Part shown: in pieces, positions 1-10,347 of the stretch | Layout of the letters: every line of letters starts with the position of its first letter | How positions within the stretch are numbered: the first letter of the stretch is position 1 | NCBI GenBank assembly: GCA_031256725.1 | Contig: JAIRQE010000018.1 | Coordinates: 60,001-92,000, forward strand | Source of the DNA: Propionibacteriaceae bacterium | Lineage (GTDB): Bacteria; Actinomycetota; Actinomycetes; Propionibacteriales; Propionibacteriaceae | Direction: 5' to 3' | Length of the DNA stretch: 32,000 nucleotides | Notes under the pieces: model-generated | Databases searched by the model: none | What the model was told of the DNA's origin: nothing | The model's input: only the letters and a program-made list of their open reading frames with translations | Program-made: the position numbers and the translations under genes

Positions 1-1
1 T

Positions 2-2350
2 CCCGCTCCAGAGCCTCAATCTGATGAGGATAGGCCAGCGATCCCTAAGCCTTCCCAGATGATTCCGCGCCCGATTCCGCGCCCTCAGCCTGGTCCAGGA
101 GCACGTCGTCCTGGTACCCCACGCCCTGGCAACAATCCCTACGCCTCTTCTCAAGGTATGGGAGTACGCCGTCCCCAGCGTGAAGAGGGTGGTCGTCCCG
201 CGGGTACTGGTCCGCGTGCTCCACGCCCAGGTGCTGGTGGTGCAGGTGCACCAAGAACAGGTACCCCAGGTGGAGGTCCGCGCCAGTCAACTCCAGGAAT
301 GGGTACAAACGCCCCAGGCCAAACAGGGCGCCCACCTCGTGGTCGTGGTTCGGCCCCGAGCTTCGGTGGTCCATCTCAAGGTCCAGGCGCACCCCAGGGT
401 CGCGGTGGACGTGGTGGTCGCGCCGGATCGGGTACCCAAGGTGCTTTCGGACGCCAAGGTGGCCCGACCCGCAAATCAAAGAAGTCGAAGAAGCTACGTC
501 GTCAAGAGTTCGACGAGATGGAAGCACCAACCATCTCGGGTGTACGCATTCGTCAAGGTGAGGGTCAAACCATCCGTCTGCCTCGTGGCTCTTCGTTGAC
601 AGATCTGGCTGAGAAGATCTCGGTGGATCCCGCTCAACTTGTCCAGGTACTCTTCAATATGGGTGAGATGTTGACCGCAACCCAGTCGGTCTCCGATGAC
701 ACACTGGAGATCCTCGGTTCGGAACTCAACTATGACATCCAGGTCGTCTCCCCTGAGGATGAGGACCGCGAATTGCTCATGGCCTTCGACCTCGACTTCG
801 GTGAGAACCTCGCTGAGGATGAGGATCTGGTCGTACGTCCCCCCATCGTCACTGTCATGGGCCACGTTGACCACGGTAAAACGAAGCTCCTTGATGCCTT
901 CCGACGTACCAATGTGGTCGCGGGTGAGGCCGGTGGAATCACCCAGGCTATCGGCGCCTATCAGGTACACACCAAGGTTTCTGATGAGGAACGAGTCGTC
1001 ACCTTCATTGATACCCCTGGTCACGAAGCTTTTACCGCTATGCGTGTCCGTGGTGCGCAGGTCACTGATATTGCGGTGCTCGTTGTGGCTGCTGATGATG
1101 GTGTGATGCCTCAGACCGTTGAGGCTCTCAACCACGCCAAGGCGGCTGATGTACCCATCGTTGTTGCAGTGAACAAGATTGATAAGGAAGGCGCAGATCC
1201 GACGAAGGTCCGCGGTCAGTTGAGCGAATATGGTCTCGTACCTGACACCTATGGCGGCGATACCATGTTCGTGGATGTGTCCGCTGTGACACGAGAGGGG
1301 CTTGAGGATCTTCTCACTGCCATCGTGCTTACTGCTGATGCTGAATTGGATCTTCGTGTCGACTCGGATATGCCTGCTCAAGGTGTGGCGATTGAAGCCC
1401 ATCTTGACCGTGGACGTGGTCCAGTTGCGACCGCAATTGTTCAACGAGGCACCCTCCAGATCGGTGACTCGATCGTGGCAGGAAACTCTTATGGTCGCGT
1501 ACGCGCCCTCGTCAACGATCATGGGGAGATGGTGGATCAAGCACCACCATCAACACCAGTACAGGTCCTCGGTTTGACTGCCGTCCCTGGCGCTGGTGAC
1601 AACTTCCTGATTGTGGACGACGAACGTACTGCTCGCCAGATTGCCGAAAAGAGAGAGGCCCGAATGAGGGCTGCTGCTCTGGCTAAGGGAACCAAGCGCC
1701 GTACCCTTGAAGATCTGTTCAAAGAGATGGAGAAGGGCGAAGAACTCAACCTCATCCTCAAGGGCGATTCTGCTGGTTCTGTGGAAGCCCTCGAAGATGC
1801 GCTCGTTTCCATTGATGTGGGTGAAGAGGTCAATCTCAGGATCATCGACCGCGGTGTGGGTGCGATCACCGAGACCAACGTCACCTTGGCTGCTGCCTCG
1901 AATGCCATCATCATTGGCTTCCATGTACGCGCTCAGGGTCATGCCACACAGTTGGCCAACCAAGAGGGTGTCGATATCCGGTACTACTCGATCATCTACC
2001 AGGCCATCGACGACATTGAGTCCGCACTCAAGGGCATGTTGAAGCCGATCTACGAAGAGGAGCAGCGTGGTACTGCCGAGATTCGACAGATCTTCCGCTC
2101 CTCGAAGGCTGGCATGATTGCAGGTTGTATGATCATGTCTGGTTCCATCCGCCGCCATGCCTCGGCGCGTTTGGTACGTGACGGTATTGTTGTTGCAGAG
2201 ACGTCAATCAACACCCTGCGTCGTGAGAAGGACGATGCCGTTGAGGTACGCGAAGGCTACGAATGTGGTCTGACCTTGAACGGTTTCTCCGATATCCGTG
2301 TTGGGGACATGATTGAGACTTTTGAGATGGTCGAAAAGCCACGTACCTAA
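2..2350 (+). CDS. infB: Translation initiation factor IF-2, 5' end cut by window edge
   Basis: The frame is open from base 2, with no stop upstream of the ATG at 59. The Pro/Gly/Arg-rich low-complexity N-terminus is typical of actinobacterial IF-2. GTPase motifs [13 protein letters not shown] and NKID are present. It is followed by rbfA-truB as in the conserved operon. Confidence 0.97.
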   Translation, partial: PAPEPQSDEDRPAIPKPSQMIPRPIPRPQPGPGARRPGTPRPGNNPYASSQGMGVRRPQREEGGRPAGTGPRAPRPGAGGAGAPRTGTPGGGPRQSTPGMGTNAPGQTGRPPRGRGSAPSFGGPSQGPGAPQGRGGRGGRAGSGTQGAFGRQGGPTRKSKKSKKLRRQEFDEMEAPTISGVRIRQGEGQTIRLPRGSSLTDLAEKISVDPAQLVQVLFNMGEMLTATQSVSDDTLEILGSELNYDIQVVSPEDEDRELLMAFDLDFGENLAEDEDLVVRPPIVTVMGHVDHGKTKLLDAFRRTNVVAGEAGGITQAIGAYQVHTKVSDEERVVTFIDTPGHEAFTAMRVRGAQVTDIAVLVVAADDGVMPQTVEALNHAKAADVPIVVAVNKIDKEGADPTKVRGQLSEYGLVPDTYGGDTMFVDVSAVTREGLEDLLTAIVLTADAELDLRVDSDMPAQGVAIEAHLDRGRGPVATAIVQRGTLQIGDSIVAGNSYGRVRALVNDHGEMVDQAPPSTPVQVLGLTAVPGAGDNFLIVDDERTARQIAEKREARMRAAALAKGTKRRTLEDLFKEMEKGEELNLILKGDSAGSVEALEDALVSIDVGEEVNLRIIDRGVGAITETNVTLAAASNAIIIGFHVRAQGHATQLANQEGVDIRYYSIIYQAIDDIESALKGMLKPIYEEEQRGTAEIRQIFRSSKAGMIAGCMIMSGSIRRHASARLVRDGIVVAETSINTLRREKDDAVEVREGYECGLTLNGFSDIRVGDMIETFEMVEKPRT

Positions 2351-2366
2351 GTAGATAGGGGATGAT

Positions 2367-2792
2367 ATGCCAGGAACAGGTGCTCTGAAAGTCGCGGAGC
2401 AGATCAAACTCATCAGTGCTGAGACTCTGTCACGCAGGATCCAGGATCCGCGTCTGGGGTTCGTGACGATCACTGAGGTCAGGCTTTCCAAGGATTGGTC
2501 TCAGGCACAAATCTTCTACACAGTCTTGGGTAATGACGAAGCCCGTAGTGCGAGTGCTGAGGCTCTGGAAGCGGCCAAGGGCCAGATTCGTACAGCAGTG
2601 GCTCGTGGTGTGAAGATGCGATTCACACCCTCCATTGAGTTTGTACCTGATCTTCTACCCGAATCCTCGGAGGAGTTCGATGCCCTCCTAGAATCGGTCA
2701 AGGCCCAGGATGCCGAGATTGCGGCTAAGGCTGAGGGAGCAGTCTTTGCTGGCGACGAGGACCCTTACAAGCACGACGACGACTCGGAGTAG
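2367..2792 (+). CDS. rbfA: Ribosome-binding factor A
   Basis: 141-aa ORF 16 nt after infB. The core (VAEQIKLISAETLSRRIQDPRLGFVTITEVRLSKD...IFYTV) matches the RbfA pattern, and it has an acidic C-terminal tail. The infB-rbfA-truB synteny is conserved. Confidence 0.93.
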   Translation: MPGTGALKVAEQIKLISAETLSRRIQDPRLGFVTITEVRLSKDWSQAQIFYTVLGNDEARSASAEALEAAKGQIRTAVARGVKMRFTPSIEFVPDLLPESSEEFDALLESVKAQDAEIAAKAEGAVFAGDEDPYKHDDDSE

Positions 2793-2801
2793 TATCCATC
2801 A

Positions 2802-3743
2802 ATGGGTGATGATTTCAGCGTGAACGGCTTCCTGCTCGTTGACAAGCCTGAGGGGTTAACCTCCCATCAGGTTGTTGCACGGGTGAAGAGAAGTCTTGGA
2901 ATCCGTCGGGTTGGTCATGGTGGAACCCTTGATCCGATGGCCACGGGTCTACTCGTGGTCGGTGTTGGGCGGGCCACCAGGCTTCTCGGTCACATCGCCG
3001 ACAAGACTAAGCAGTACACAGCATGTATTCGACTGGGGCAGGCAACAACAACCGATGATGCTGAGGGAGAACTCACGGGTGCACCCGTCGATGCCACAGT
3101 CCTCCAACCTGAACAGGTACACGCCGCCATGGCTGGCTATGTTGGTGCGATCCAACAGGTACCCAGTTCTGTTTCGGCGATCAAAGTCAATGGTCGCCGC
3201 GCCTATGATCTTGTACGTTGCGGGGAAACAGTTGAATTGAAGTCACGTGAGGTGACAGTCACCGCATTTGATCTTCTCAGCCGTACGGATGACTCACCGT
3301 GGGCAGATCTTTGGGTTTTAGTGGATTGTTCTTCAGGTACCTATGTCCGGGCGCTTGCTCGTGATCTCGGGAAAGACCTTGGTGTCGGAGGCCATTTGAC
3401 TGCTCTTCGACGTACTCGTATCGGTCAGATGAGTGTAGAAAACGCAGTCTCCCTGGATGATATTGGCCCTGATTCGGTGATACCTATGGGGGAGATGGCC
3501 CATCATATTGCCCCCTCGATCCATGTGGATGAGACTCAGGTACGTGATATTGCTGTTGGGCGACCGATCAACGTGGAGATCACAACAGGGATGGCATCAA
3601 TCTTTTATGGCGCTCAAATGTTGGCTCTGTACGAACCTGATCCTCATGATCCTGGGCGGGCCGTACCCATTGCAGTCTTCATTGATCCCACTGATCGCAG
3701 TCTCCAAACAGCCCGACATGAGAAGACGGGAAAACTCGGATGA
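2802..3743 (+). CDS. truB: tRNA pseudouridine(55) synthase
   Basis: Contains the TruB signature LLVDKPEGLTSHQVV...GHGGTLDPMATGLLVVGVGRATRL, including the catalytic Asp. Supported by synteny. Confidence 0.95.
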   Translation: MGDDFSVNGFLLVDKPEGLTSHQVVARVKRSLGIRRVGHGGTLDPMATGLLVVGVGRATRLLGHIADKTKQYTACIRLGQATTTDDAEGELTGAPVDATVLQPEQVHAAMAGYVGAIQQVPSSVSAIKVNGRRAYDLVRCGETVELKSREVTVTAFDLLSRTDDSPWADLWVLVDCSSGTYVRALARDLGKDLGVGGHLTALRRTRIGQMSVENAVSLDDIGPDSVIPMGEMAHHIAPSIHVDETQVRDIAVGRPINVEITTGMASIFYGAQMLALYEPDPHDPGRAVPIAVFIDPTDRSLQTARHEKTGKLG

Positions 3744-4633
3744 CTAGCGGTAAAGCTCTCGCGATCGGTAATTTCGATGGGGTCCATAGGGGGCATCAGG
3801 CGATCCTTGAAGCCGCCCGTACCTTCTCCAGCGGAGGGACAGTCACGGCTGTGACCTTCTGGCCCCATCCAACATCAGTACTACGTCCCGACCAAGCCCC
3901 AGCCTTACTATGTCGACTCTCAGAACGAGTGAACCTCTTGAAAGCATCCGGGGCCGACGAGGTCTCCATTGTCGAGTTCACCCGAACTCTCGCAGCCAAG
4001 ACCCCAGAAGAGTTTGTTGAAAAGGTACTCTGTCCCCTCAATCCAACCGCTGTCGTTGTGGGGCAGAACTTCCGTTTCGGTGTCGAGGCTAAGGCAGATG
4101 GTCATCAGATGAGGGCCATCGCTCAAGGGCGCTTCGAGGTTGAGGTACAACCCATCGTTGTGGATGAGGGAAGGATCTCCTCGTCACGAATCCGCGCACT
4201 CTTGGTCCAAGGAAATGTTGAGGTTGCAGCACAAATGCTGGGCCGTTATTTCCGCTATAACGGGATCGTGGTTCTGGGTGATCAGCGTGGTCATGAATTG
4301 GGATTCCCAACAGCTAATGTGACCATCCCAGAACGTTATGCTTGCCCTGCTGATGGAGTATATGCAGGATTCCTTAGGTGTGGATCAGAAACCTGGCCGG
4401 CTGCGATCTCTGTAGGTACCAATCCCACCTTTGATGGTGAGCAAAGGCGGGTGGAATCCTATGCCCTGGATCGTTGGGATCTCAACCTTTATGGAGAAAA
4501 GGTCGGAGTCGATTTTGTGGCCCGCCTTCGTGGCCAGATGAGATTCACTTCCAGGAATGAGTTAGTACATCAGATGAGAAATGATGTTGCTGCAACACGC
4601 AAAGCCTTAGAAGGGCTGACTCCTGGAGTCTGA
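3740..4633 (+). CDS. ribF: Bifunctional riboflavin kinase / FMN adenylyltransferase
   Basis: The start overlaps the truB stop (ATGA). The N-terminal motif is GNFDGVHRGHQ. The C-terminal riboflavin-kinase region carries GFPTAN and PTFDG...RVESY. Confidence 0.95.
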   Translation: MTSGKALAIGNFDGVHRGHQAILEAARTFSSGGTVTAVTFWPHPTSVLRPDQAPALLCRLSERVNLLKASGADEVSIVEFTRTLAAKTPEEFVEKVLCPLNPTAVVVGQNFRFGVEAKADGHQMRAIAQGRFEVEVQPIVVDEGRISSSRIRALLVQGNVEVAAQMLGRYFRYNGIVVLGDQRGHELGFPTANVTIPERYACPADGVYAGFLRCGSETWPAAISVGTNPTFDGEQRRVESYALDRWDLNLYGEKVGVDFVARLRGQMRFTSRNELVHQMRNDVAATRKALEGLTPGV

Positions 4634-4697
4634 GAGGGCATCCGCGCCCCGATTATGGTAATCTTATGGCGCCGTATATCGGCCGCGAATTCAGAGC

Positions 4698-4718
4698 GCT
4701 TGTCCATTGGGGGCAAGC
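4698..4718 (+). promoter_or_regulatory. Stem-loop in the rpsO 5' leader (candidate S15 autoregulatory or processing element)
   Basis: 8-bp stem GCTTGTCC (4698-4705) pairs with GGGCAAGC (4711-4718), including one G-U, with a 5-nt loop. It lies 20 nt upstream of the AAGGAG Shine-Dalgarno at 4738-4743. Confidence 0.25.
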
Positions 4719-4749
4719 ATCGCGCAACAATGCTGACAAGGAGTAGCAC

Positions 4750-5013
4750 ATGGATGCTGCAGAAAAGAAGAAGATCATCGAAGAGTATGCCATCTCGGAA
4801 GGGGACACAGGTTCCGCTGACGTGCAGATTGCTCTGTTGTCTAAGCGCATTGCGCACCTCACCGAACACTTGAAGGCTCACAAGGGTGATCATCACTCTC
4901 ACCGTGGCTTGATGCTCATGGTTGGCCAGCGTCGTCGTCTGTTGAATTACGTCGCGAAGCAGGACATTGAGCACTATCGTCAACTGATTTCGAGGCTCGG
5001 TCTTCGTCGGTGA
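4750..5013 (+). CDS. rpsO: 30S ribosomal protein S15
   Basis: 87 aa. AAGGAG sits 6 nt upstream of the ATG. Canonical S15 sequence ([48 protein letters not shown]). Confidence 0.97.
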   Translation: MDAAEKKKIIEEYAISEGDTGSADVQIALLSKRIAHLTEHLKAHKGDHHSHRGLMLMVGQRRRLLNYVAKQDIEHYRQLISRLGLRR

Positions 5014-5027
5014 AACCCAGAAAAATC

Positions 5028-5060
5028 TAGGGCGATTACTTGTGATCGCCCTATGGTTGT
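5028..5060 (+). terminator. Hairpin terminator/attenuator after rpsO
   Basis: Perfect 9-bp stem TAGGGCGAT (5028-5036) / ATCGCCCTA (5045-5053) with an 8-nt loop, 15 nt after the rpsO stop. It is followed by a U/G-rich tract (TGGTTGTGT) rather than a clean U-run. Confidence 0.5.
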
Positions 5061-5248
5061 GTATTCTGGGAATACAAGTTCATAACCACTATGTTGTGAG
5101 CCGTTAGATCAAGTACGGTCTTTGGTGGTGGCTTTCGGGTTTAGGTATAAGGCCCCGCTGGCTTCGATCGAAGACCGCCGCTGGCTTGATGGTCTCCCAA
5201 CATGATCTATACATGGGTGTGCTAGGAGCATGCCCGAAAGGAATGATC
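5054..5248 (+). promoter_or_regulatory. Structured pnp 5' leader (candidate Actino-pnp-type autoregulatory leader)
   Basis: It contains several hairpins: 5060-5066/5070-5076, the palindrome CTTCGATCGAAG at 5162-5173, and 5215-5222/5228-5235 ending 1 nt before the GAAAGGA SD. It also carries a direct repeat CCGCTGGCTT at 5155-5164 and 5178-5187. Its position upstream of pnp matches the known leader-based PNPase autoregulation. Confidence 0.4.
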
Positions 5249-7450
5249 ATGGAAGGTCCAAACCTCCGTTATACCGAGGCTATTATCGACAATGGTTCCT
5301 ATGGGAAACATGTTGTCCGATTTGAAACCGGTCTCTTAGCCCAGCAAGCTGCTGGGTCTGCTGCCGTCTATCTGGACGGCGACACCATGTTAATGTCTGC
5401 TACCACTGCGGCAAGTTCTCCGCGTGATGCCATTGACTTCTTCCCGTTGACTGTTGATGTTGAGGAAAGGATGTACGCCGCTGGCAAGATTCCAGGCTCC
5501 TTCTTCCGTCGTGAAGGTCGTCCCCCAGAGTCTGCAATCCTTGCAGCCCGATTGGTCGACCGCCCCTTGCGTCCCTGTTTCACTAAGGGTCTACGCAATG
5601 AGGTACAGGTGGTCGTCACCGTCATGGCCCTCAACCCAACCGTCGTTTATGACACTTTGGCAATCAACGCTGGTTCGATGTCTACGACATTAGCTGGTCT
5701 TCCCTTCATTGGCCCAGTTGGTGGTCTGCGTATCGCGCTGATCAAGGATCAGTGGGTCGGGTTCCCAACCATCGAACAGACCAAGGATGCTGTCTTCGAT
5801 ATGGCTGTTGCTGGTCGTGTACTCCCCAATGGCGATGTTGCGATCATGATGGTTGAAGCCGAGTCCACCGCTGAGACATGGGAACTCGTACGCTCCGGCC
5901 GTACTGCTCCTACCGAAGAGGTTGTTGCTGAAGGTCTGGAAGCAGCGAAGCCCTTCATCAAGGCGCTATGCGATGCACAGGCTGAATTGGCGGCCCAGTT
6001 TCCGAAGGCTACCGCTGCTTTCCCCATCTTCCTCGACTACGAAGAGGATGTCTTTGAGGCAGTCTCCAAGGCTGGTACAGATCGTATCGGTGAGGTCAAC
6101 TCCATCTTTGGTAAGAAGGATCGCGAGGTCGCAACAGAAGAACTTCTCGCTGCACTCCATGAGGAATTGGACGCCCAGTTCCCCGAGCGCGAAAAAGAGA
6201 TCACGGGCGCCTATCGCTCACTGACGAAGAAGATCGTCCGAGCCAAGACGCTGCGTGAAAAGGTACGTCTTGATGGTCGTGGGCCGAAGGATATCCGTGA
6301 AGTGTCCTGCCAGATTGGTGTGATCCCGAGAGTCCATGGATCGGCTCTGTTTATGCGCGGCGAAACCCAGATCCTGGGTGTATCCACGCTCAACATGCTT
6401 GATATGGAACAGAAGCTTGACACTCTGGCTCCTGAGACCACTAAGCGCTATATGCACAATTACAACTTCCCTCCCTATTCAACTGGTGAAACTGGTCGTG
6501 TGGGTTCCCCGAAGAGGCGCGAGATTGGGCACGGTGCCTTGGCTGAGCGCGCACTTGTTCCAGTGGTACCGGATCGTGGGGAGTTCCCCTATGCGATTCG
6601 CCAGGTCTCTGAAGCTCTGGGTTCCAATGGTTCAACCTCTATGGGTTCTGTATGTGCGTCGACTTTGGCTCTTCTCCACGCGGGTGTGCCGTTGAGGGCA
6701 CCTGTGGCGGGTATTGCTATGGGTTTGATGAGTGAAGAGGTTGACGGTCAGATGCAGTATCTTGCACTGACAGACATCCTTGGTGCTGAGGATGCCCTGG
6801 GTGACATGGACTTCAAGGTTGCTGGTACGAAGGACTTCGTGACAGCTCTGCAGTTGGACACGAAGCTTGACGGTATCCCCGCTGATGTCCTGGCTTCCGC
6901 ACTCCTTCAGGCTCGCGAGGCGCGTCACTCCATCCTGGAGATCATGAACGGCACCATTGCGGCGCCAGGGGAGATGAGCTCGTATGCTCCTCGCATCATC
7001 ACAGTACAAATCCCCGTCGACAAGATCGGTGAAGTGATTGGACCCAAGGGTAAGGTCATCAACCAGATCCAGGATGACACCGGAGCCAACATCGCTATTG
7101 AGGATGACGGTACTGTCTACATCGGCGCTGACAATGGTGATGCTGCTGAGGCTGCTCGCCAGATGGTCAATGCGATTGCCAACCCACACATGCCTGAGAA
7201 GGGCGAGCGTTTCTTGGGTACGGTCGTGAAGACCACCGCCTTTGGTGCATTCATCTCTCTCGTACCTGGCAAGGATGGCCTGCTTCACATCTCCAAGATG
7301 AGGGCTCTGGCTGGTGGTGCTCGTGTTGAGAATGTTGATGATGTTGTCACTGTGGGCCAGAAGATCCAGGTCGAGATCCTTGATGTGGATGATCGTGGCA
7401 AACTGTCGTTGACACCAGTTATCGAAGATCAGGATCAGCCCCAGAGCTAG
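5249..7450 (+). CDS. pnp: Polyribonucleotide nucleotidyltransferase (PNPase)
   Basis: Two RNase PH domains plus KH and S1 regions at the C-terminus. The N-terminus [28 protein letters not shown] is typical of actinobacterial PNPase. I chose the ATG at 5249, 6 nt after GAAAGGA. ATG 5243 and the track start TTG 5186 are alternatives. Confidence 0.95.
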   Translation: MEGPNLRYTEAIIDNGSYGKHVVRFETGLLAQQAAGSAAVYLDGDTMLMSATTAASSPRDAIDFFPLTVDVEERMYAAGKIPGSFFRREGRPPESAILAARLVDRPLRPCFTKGLRNEVQVVVTVMALNPTVVYDTLAINAGSMSTTLAGLPFIGPVGGLRIALIKDQWVGFPTIEQTKDAVFDMAVAGRVLPNGDVAIMMVEAESTAETWELVRSGRTAPTEEVVAEGLEAAKPFIKALCDAQAELAAQFPKATAAFPIFLDYEEDVFEAVSKAGTDRIGEVNSIFGKKDREVATEELLAALHEELDAQFPEREKEITGAYRSLTKKIVRAKTLREKVRLDGRGPKDIREVSCQIGVIPRVHGSALFMRGETQILGVSTLNMLDMEQKLDTLAPETTKRYMHNYNFPPYSTGETGRVGSPKRREIGHGALAERALVPVVPDRGEFPYAIRQVSEALGSNGSTSMGSVCASTLALLHAGVPLRAPVAGIAMGLMSEEVDGQMQYLALTDILGAEDALGDMDFKVAGTKDFVTALQLDTKLDGIPADVLASALLQAREARHSILEIMNGTIAAPGEMSSYAPRIITVQIPVDKIGEVIGPKGKVINQIQDDTGANIAIEDDGTVYIGADNGDAAEAARQMVNAIANPHMPEKGERFLGTVVKTTAFGAFISLVPGKDGLLHISKMRALAGGARVENVDDVVTVGQKIQVEILDVDDRGKLSLTPVIEDQDQPQS

Positions 7451-7471
7451 AACCCGTAAGGGAGGTCACCA

Positions 7472-8212
7472 ATGAGAATTGCAGTATTTGGCTCGAATGG
7501 CCGTATGGGTACAGAAGCCTGTAGGGCTGTCAATATGGATGATGGCCTGAATCTAGTCGCGGGAATTGACATTGGTGATTCCCGGGCCACGGCCGCGAAT
7601 GTGGATGTGGTGGTTGACTTCACCCATCCTGATTCGGTCATGGACAATATCGCCTGGTGTATTGACAAGGGGATCTCTGCGGTGGTTGGTACTACCGGAT
7701 TCACCGCAGAGCGTCTCGACGAGATCAAGGCGATGTTGGGATCCGATCCACAGGTGGGGGTACTCATTGCCCCCAACTTCTCCATTGGCGCCGTACTCAT
7801 GATGCACTTCTCAGCGGTGGCAGCTCCGTACTTTGACACTGTTGAGATCATCGAAACCCATCACACGGGTAAGGCCGATGCCCCCTCGGGTACAGCAGCA
7901 ACAACGGCCAAACTTGTTGCTGAGGCTCGCTCGGCTGCATCTGCGCCAGCCATGCCTGATTCGACCACCCATGAGGTTGATGGTGCCCGTGGGGCTTCCA
8001 TTGAAGGGGTCAGGGTCCATTCCCTGCGCCTTCAAGGTGTCATTGCTCAACAGGAGGTACGCCTCACATCGATGGGGGAGACCCTGTCGATTATCAATGA
8101 TGCTCGTGATCGATCCAGTTATATGCCTGGTGTCCTCCAAGGGATCAGGTGGGTGGCCTCCCACCCAGGGTTGACTGTGGGCCTGGAACCCGTCCTAGGT
8201 ATCACGAGGTAG
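7472..8212 (+). CDS. dapB: 4-hydroxy-tetrahydrodipicolinate reductase
   Basis: GGGAGG RBS. The N-terminal Rossmann motif is MRIAVFGSNGRMG. The motifs ETHHTGKADAPSGTA and HSLRL are characteristic of DapB. Confidence 0.93.
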   Translation: MRIAVFGSNGRMGTEACRAVNMDDGLNLVAGIDIGDSRATAANVDVVVDFTHPDSVMDNIAWCIDKGISAVVGTTGFTAERLDEIKAMLGSDPQVGVLIAPNFSIGAVLMMHFSAVAAPYFDTVEIIETHHTGKADAPSGTAATTAKLVAEARSAASAPAMPDSTTHEVDGARGASIEGVRVHSLRLQGVIAQQEVRLTSMGETLSIINDARDRSSYMPGVLQGIRWVASHPGLTVGLEPVLGITR

Positions 8213-8216
8213 CATC

Positions 8217-9896
8217 ATGTTCCACACTGATCTCAGCGTTCCACCGGTACTCCCAGCGGACACGCTGCGGATCATACCTCTTGGAGGTTTAGGTGATGTG
8301 GGCCGCAATATGACGGCCTTTGAGATCAATGGTGAGATTCTTCTCATTGACGCTGGGGTGCTCTTCCCTGAGGAGGATCATCCTGGTGTCGATCTGATTC
8401 TTCCAGGATATGACGCTATCGCTGATCGTTGGGAGGATGTCGTTGGCTTGGTACTCACCCATGGTCATGAGGATCATATCGGTGCTGTGCCGTACCTTCT
8501 CAAGGAATGCGAAAACATCAAGGTTTATGGGTCTCGATTGACCTTGGCCTTCCTGGAGCCGAAACTTAGGGAACATCGAATCTCATCTCCACAACTCATT
8601 GAGGTTGCCGAGGGTGAGACCCTGATGCTTGGGTCCCAGTTCCGTACCGAGTTTGTGGCTGTCAACCACTCCATCCCCGATTCTCTCGCCGTTTTCTTGC
8701 GCACATCTGGAGGTACGGTCCTTCATACCGGTGACTTTAAGATGGACCAACTCCCTTTGGATAAGAGGCTGACGGATCTTCGCTCCTTCGCACGTTTTGG
8801 TGAAGAGGGGGTTGACCTGATGATGGTTGATTCCACCAATGCAGAGGTACCAGGATTTACCACAGGGGAACTCGAAGTTGAACCAGCATTGAGACGTGTT
8901 TTCGATGCCGCCACGGGCAAGATCGTCGTGGCCTGCTTTGCTTCACACATCTATCGGGTACAACAGGTACTCAATCAGGCCGCCATTCATGGGCGAGTGG
9001 TGGTCTTCATGGGGCGGTCGATGGTACGCAACATGGGTATTGCCCAGGAGATGGGCTACCTTGAGGTTCCGCCTCAGACCTTGGCTGATCCTGGGGATCT
9101 GGATGTCATCCCCGAGGATAAGCTCGTGATTATTTGTACGGGTAGCCAAGGGGAGCCCATGTCGGCTCTATCCAGAATGGCCAGTCAAACCCATCAGAAT
9201 ATCGAGATCGGGCCTGAGGATACGGTGATGCTCGCATCCTCGTTGATCCCTGGCAACGAGAACTCCGTGTACAGGGTCATTAACGGTCTCACCCGCCTTG
9301 GTGTCACCGTTGTACATAAGGCTAATGCTTTGGTACATGTGTCTGGTCACGCATCCTCTGGGGAACTGTTGTACTGCTACAACATCGTCAAGCCTAAGAA
9401 TGCGATGCCGATTCATGGTGAACACCGCCATCTGATCGCCAATGGGAAACTAGCCCGATCCACAGGTGTTGAATCCGTGCTCACTGTTGAGGATGGTACG
9501 GTCATTGACCTTCATGATCACCAGGCGCGGGTTGTCGGACAGGTGGATACATCGTACATACTCGTCGATGGCGCCTCAGTTGGGGCGATCTCTGAAGAGA
9601 ACCTCGCCGACCGTCGAATACTTGGAGCCGAAGGCTTCGTCACAGTCATCGCCGTCGTACAACTGGAAGACAAGGATGTCTCCTCAATAGACATCCATGC
9701 CCGAGGATTCATAGACGACGACGGAGTCTTCGACGATGTCACCCCTCAGATCTCAGCGAATCTCAAATCCGCGATACGAGAGGGTATCACTGACACCTAT
9801 CTCCTCCAACAAAACATCAGACGTACTATCGGGCGCTGGGTATCCACCAAACTCAAGTCCCGCCCCATGATCCTTCCCATCGTGATCCATACATGA
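8217..9896 (+). CDS. rnj: Ribonuclease J
   Basis: 559 aa with the metallo-beta-lactamase motif THGHEDHIGA, a beta-CASP region and an RNase J C-terminal domain. The position after dapB is common in actinobacteria. Confidence 0.93.
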   Translation: MFHTDLSVPPVLPADTLRIIPLGGLGDVGRNMTAFEINGEILLIDAGVLFPEEDHPGVDLILPGYDAIADRWEDVVGLVLTHGHEDHIGAVPYLLKECENIKVYGSRLTLAFLEPKLREHRISSPQLIEVAEGETLMLGSQFRTEFVAVNHSIPDSLAVFLRTSGGTVLHTGDFKMDQLPLDKRLTDLRSFARFGEEGVDLMMVDSTNAEVPGFTTGELEVEPALRRVFDAATGKIVVACFASHIYRVQQVLNQAAIHGRVVVFMGRSMVRNMGIAQEMGYLEVPPQTLADPGDLDVIPEDKLVIICTGSQGEPMSALSRMASQTHQNIEIGPEDTVMLASSLIPGNENSVYRVINGLTRLGVTVVHKANALVHVSGHASSGELLYCYNIVKPKNAMPIHGEHRHLIANGKLARSTGVESVLTVEDGTVIDLHDHQARVVGQVDTSYILVDGASVGAISEENLADRRILGAEGFVTVIAVVQLEDKDVSSIDIHARGFIDDDGVFDDVTPQISANLKSAIREGITDTYLLQQNIRRTIGRWVSTKLKSRPMILPIVIHT

Positions 9897-9934
9897 TCTA
9901 GACATCAATAAGGGTGGAGGTTACCTTCTTAAGA

Positions 9935-9960
9935 GGAGAGGCATAGTCATGCACCTCTCC
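9935..9960 (+). terminator. Hairpin downstream of rnj (possible U-tract-less terminator or processing site)
   Basis: 7-bp stem GGAGAGG (9935-9941) / CCTCTCC (9954-9960) with 2 further pairs across a bulge. It lies 38 nt after the rnj stop. No U-tract follows. Confidence 0.25.
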
Positions 9961-9985
9961 CTGGTAATCTATGAATGGGCAGCAT

Positions 9986-10015
9986 TTGAGTCTGACTTGG
10001 TGGTTCGTGTAGTAT
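9986..10015 (+). promoter_or_regulatory. Candidate rpmB promoter
   Basis: TTGAGT (9986-9991), 18-nt spacer, TAGTAT (10010-10015), about 50 nt upstream of the rpmB start. This is a hexamer match only. Confidence 0.3.
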
Positions 10016-10065
10016 GTCCAAGTTGGCTTGGTACCTGCCATGCCCGTCACAATCAAGGAGTATCC

Positions 10066-10251
10066 ATGGCATCAGTATGCGAGATCTGCGCCAAGCGCCC
10101 TGGTTTTGGGCACAACGTACCTTGGTCTAAGAAGAAGACCCTACGTCGTTGGAACCCGAATATCCAAAAGGTCCGTGCGGTCGTCAATGGTACGCCCAAG
10201 AGAATGAACGTGTGTACCGGGTGTCTCAAGGCCGGCAAGGTGTCCCGCTAG
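10066..10251 (+). CDS. rpmB: 50S ribosomal protein L28 (Cys-containing C+ form)
   Basis: AAGGAG at 10055-10060 lies 5 nt before ATG 10066. The 61-aa product MASVCEICAKRPGFGHNVPWSKKKTLRRWNPNIQKV... is canonical L28 with CxxC...CxxC. The track ORF start at 9949 is an upstream in-frame extension. Confidence 0.93.
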   Translation: MASVCEICAKRPGFGHNVPWSKKKTLRRWNPNIQKVRAVVNGTPKRMNVCTGCLKAGKVSR

Positions 10252-10273
10252 TTCGGTTTCCTGCCAAGAACAC

Positions 10274-10300
10274 AAACCCGCCTCCGGGCGGGTTTTCTGT
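10274..10300 (+). terminator. Rho-independent terminator after rpmB
   Basis: Perfect 9-bp GC-rich stem AAACCCGCC (10274-10282) / GGCGGGTTT (10287-10295) with loop TCCG. It runs into TTTTCTGTTT. Confidence 0.8.
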
Positions 10301-10347
10301 TTCAGCATCCTCCTGATTGTGGCAGACAGGGTTGATAGGGTTGGGGG

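Noticed and set aside
61-84. Tandem 12-nt repeat GATTCCGCGCCC x2 (IPRP IPRP) and other short repeats in the infB 5' region
   Set aside because: This is ordinary low-complexity Pro/Arg/Gly-rich N-terminal domain sequence of actinobacterial IF-2, not an independent element.
494-2158. Long antisense ORFs (348 aa and 202 aa) opposite infB. Similar ones lie opposite pnp (6632-7288), smc (several), ftsY (20475-20966) and the PHP-like gene (28297-28935).
   Set aside because: They lie fully inside strongly supported genes on the other strand and translate to low-complexity or motif-less sequence. This is the expected stop-poor antisense frame in moderately GC-rich coding DNA.
9949-10065. Upstream in-frame extensions of rpmB (9949), and likewise of pnp (5186), yceD (14466), rpmF (15054) and thrC (22518)
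   Set aside because: In each case an internal start with a Shine-Dalgarno or a stop/start junction gives the canonical family N-terminus. The extensions overlap upstream genes or regulatory hairpins.
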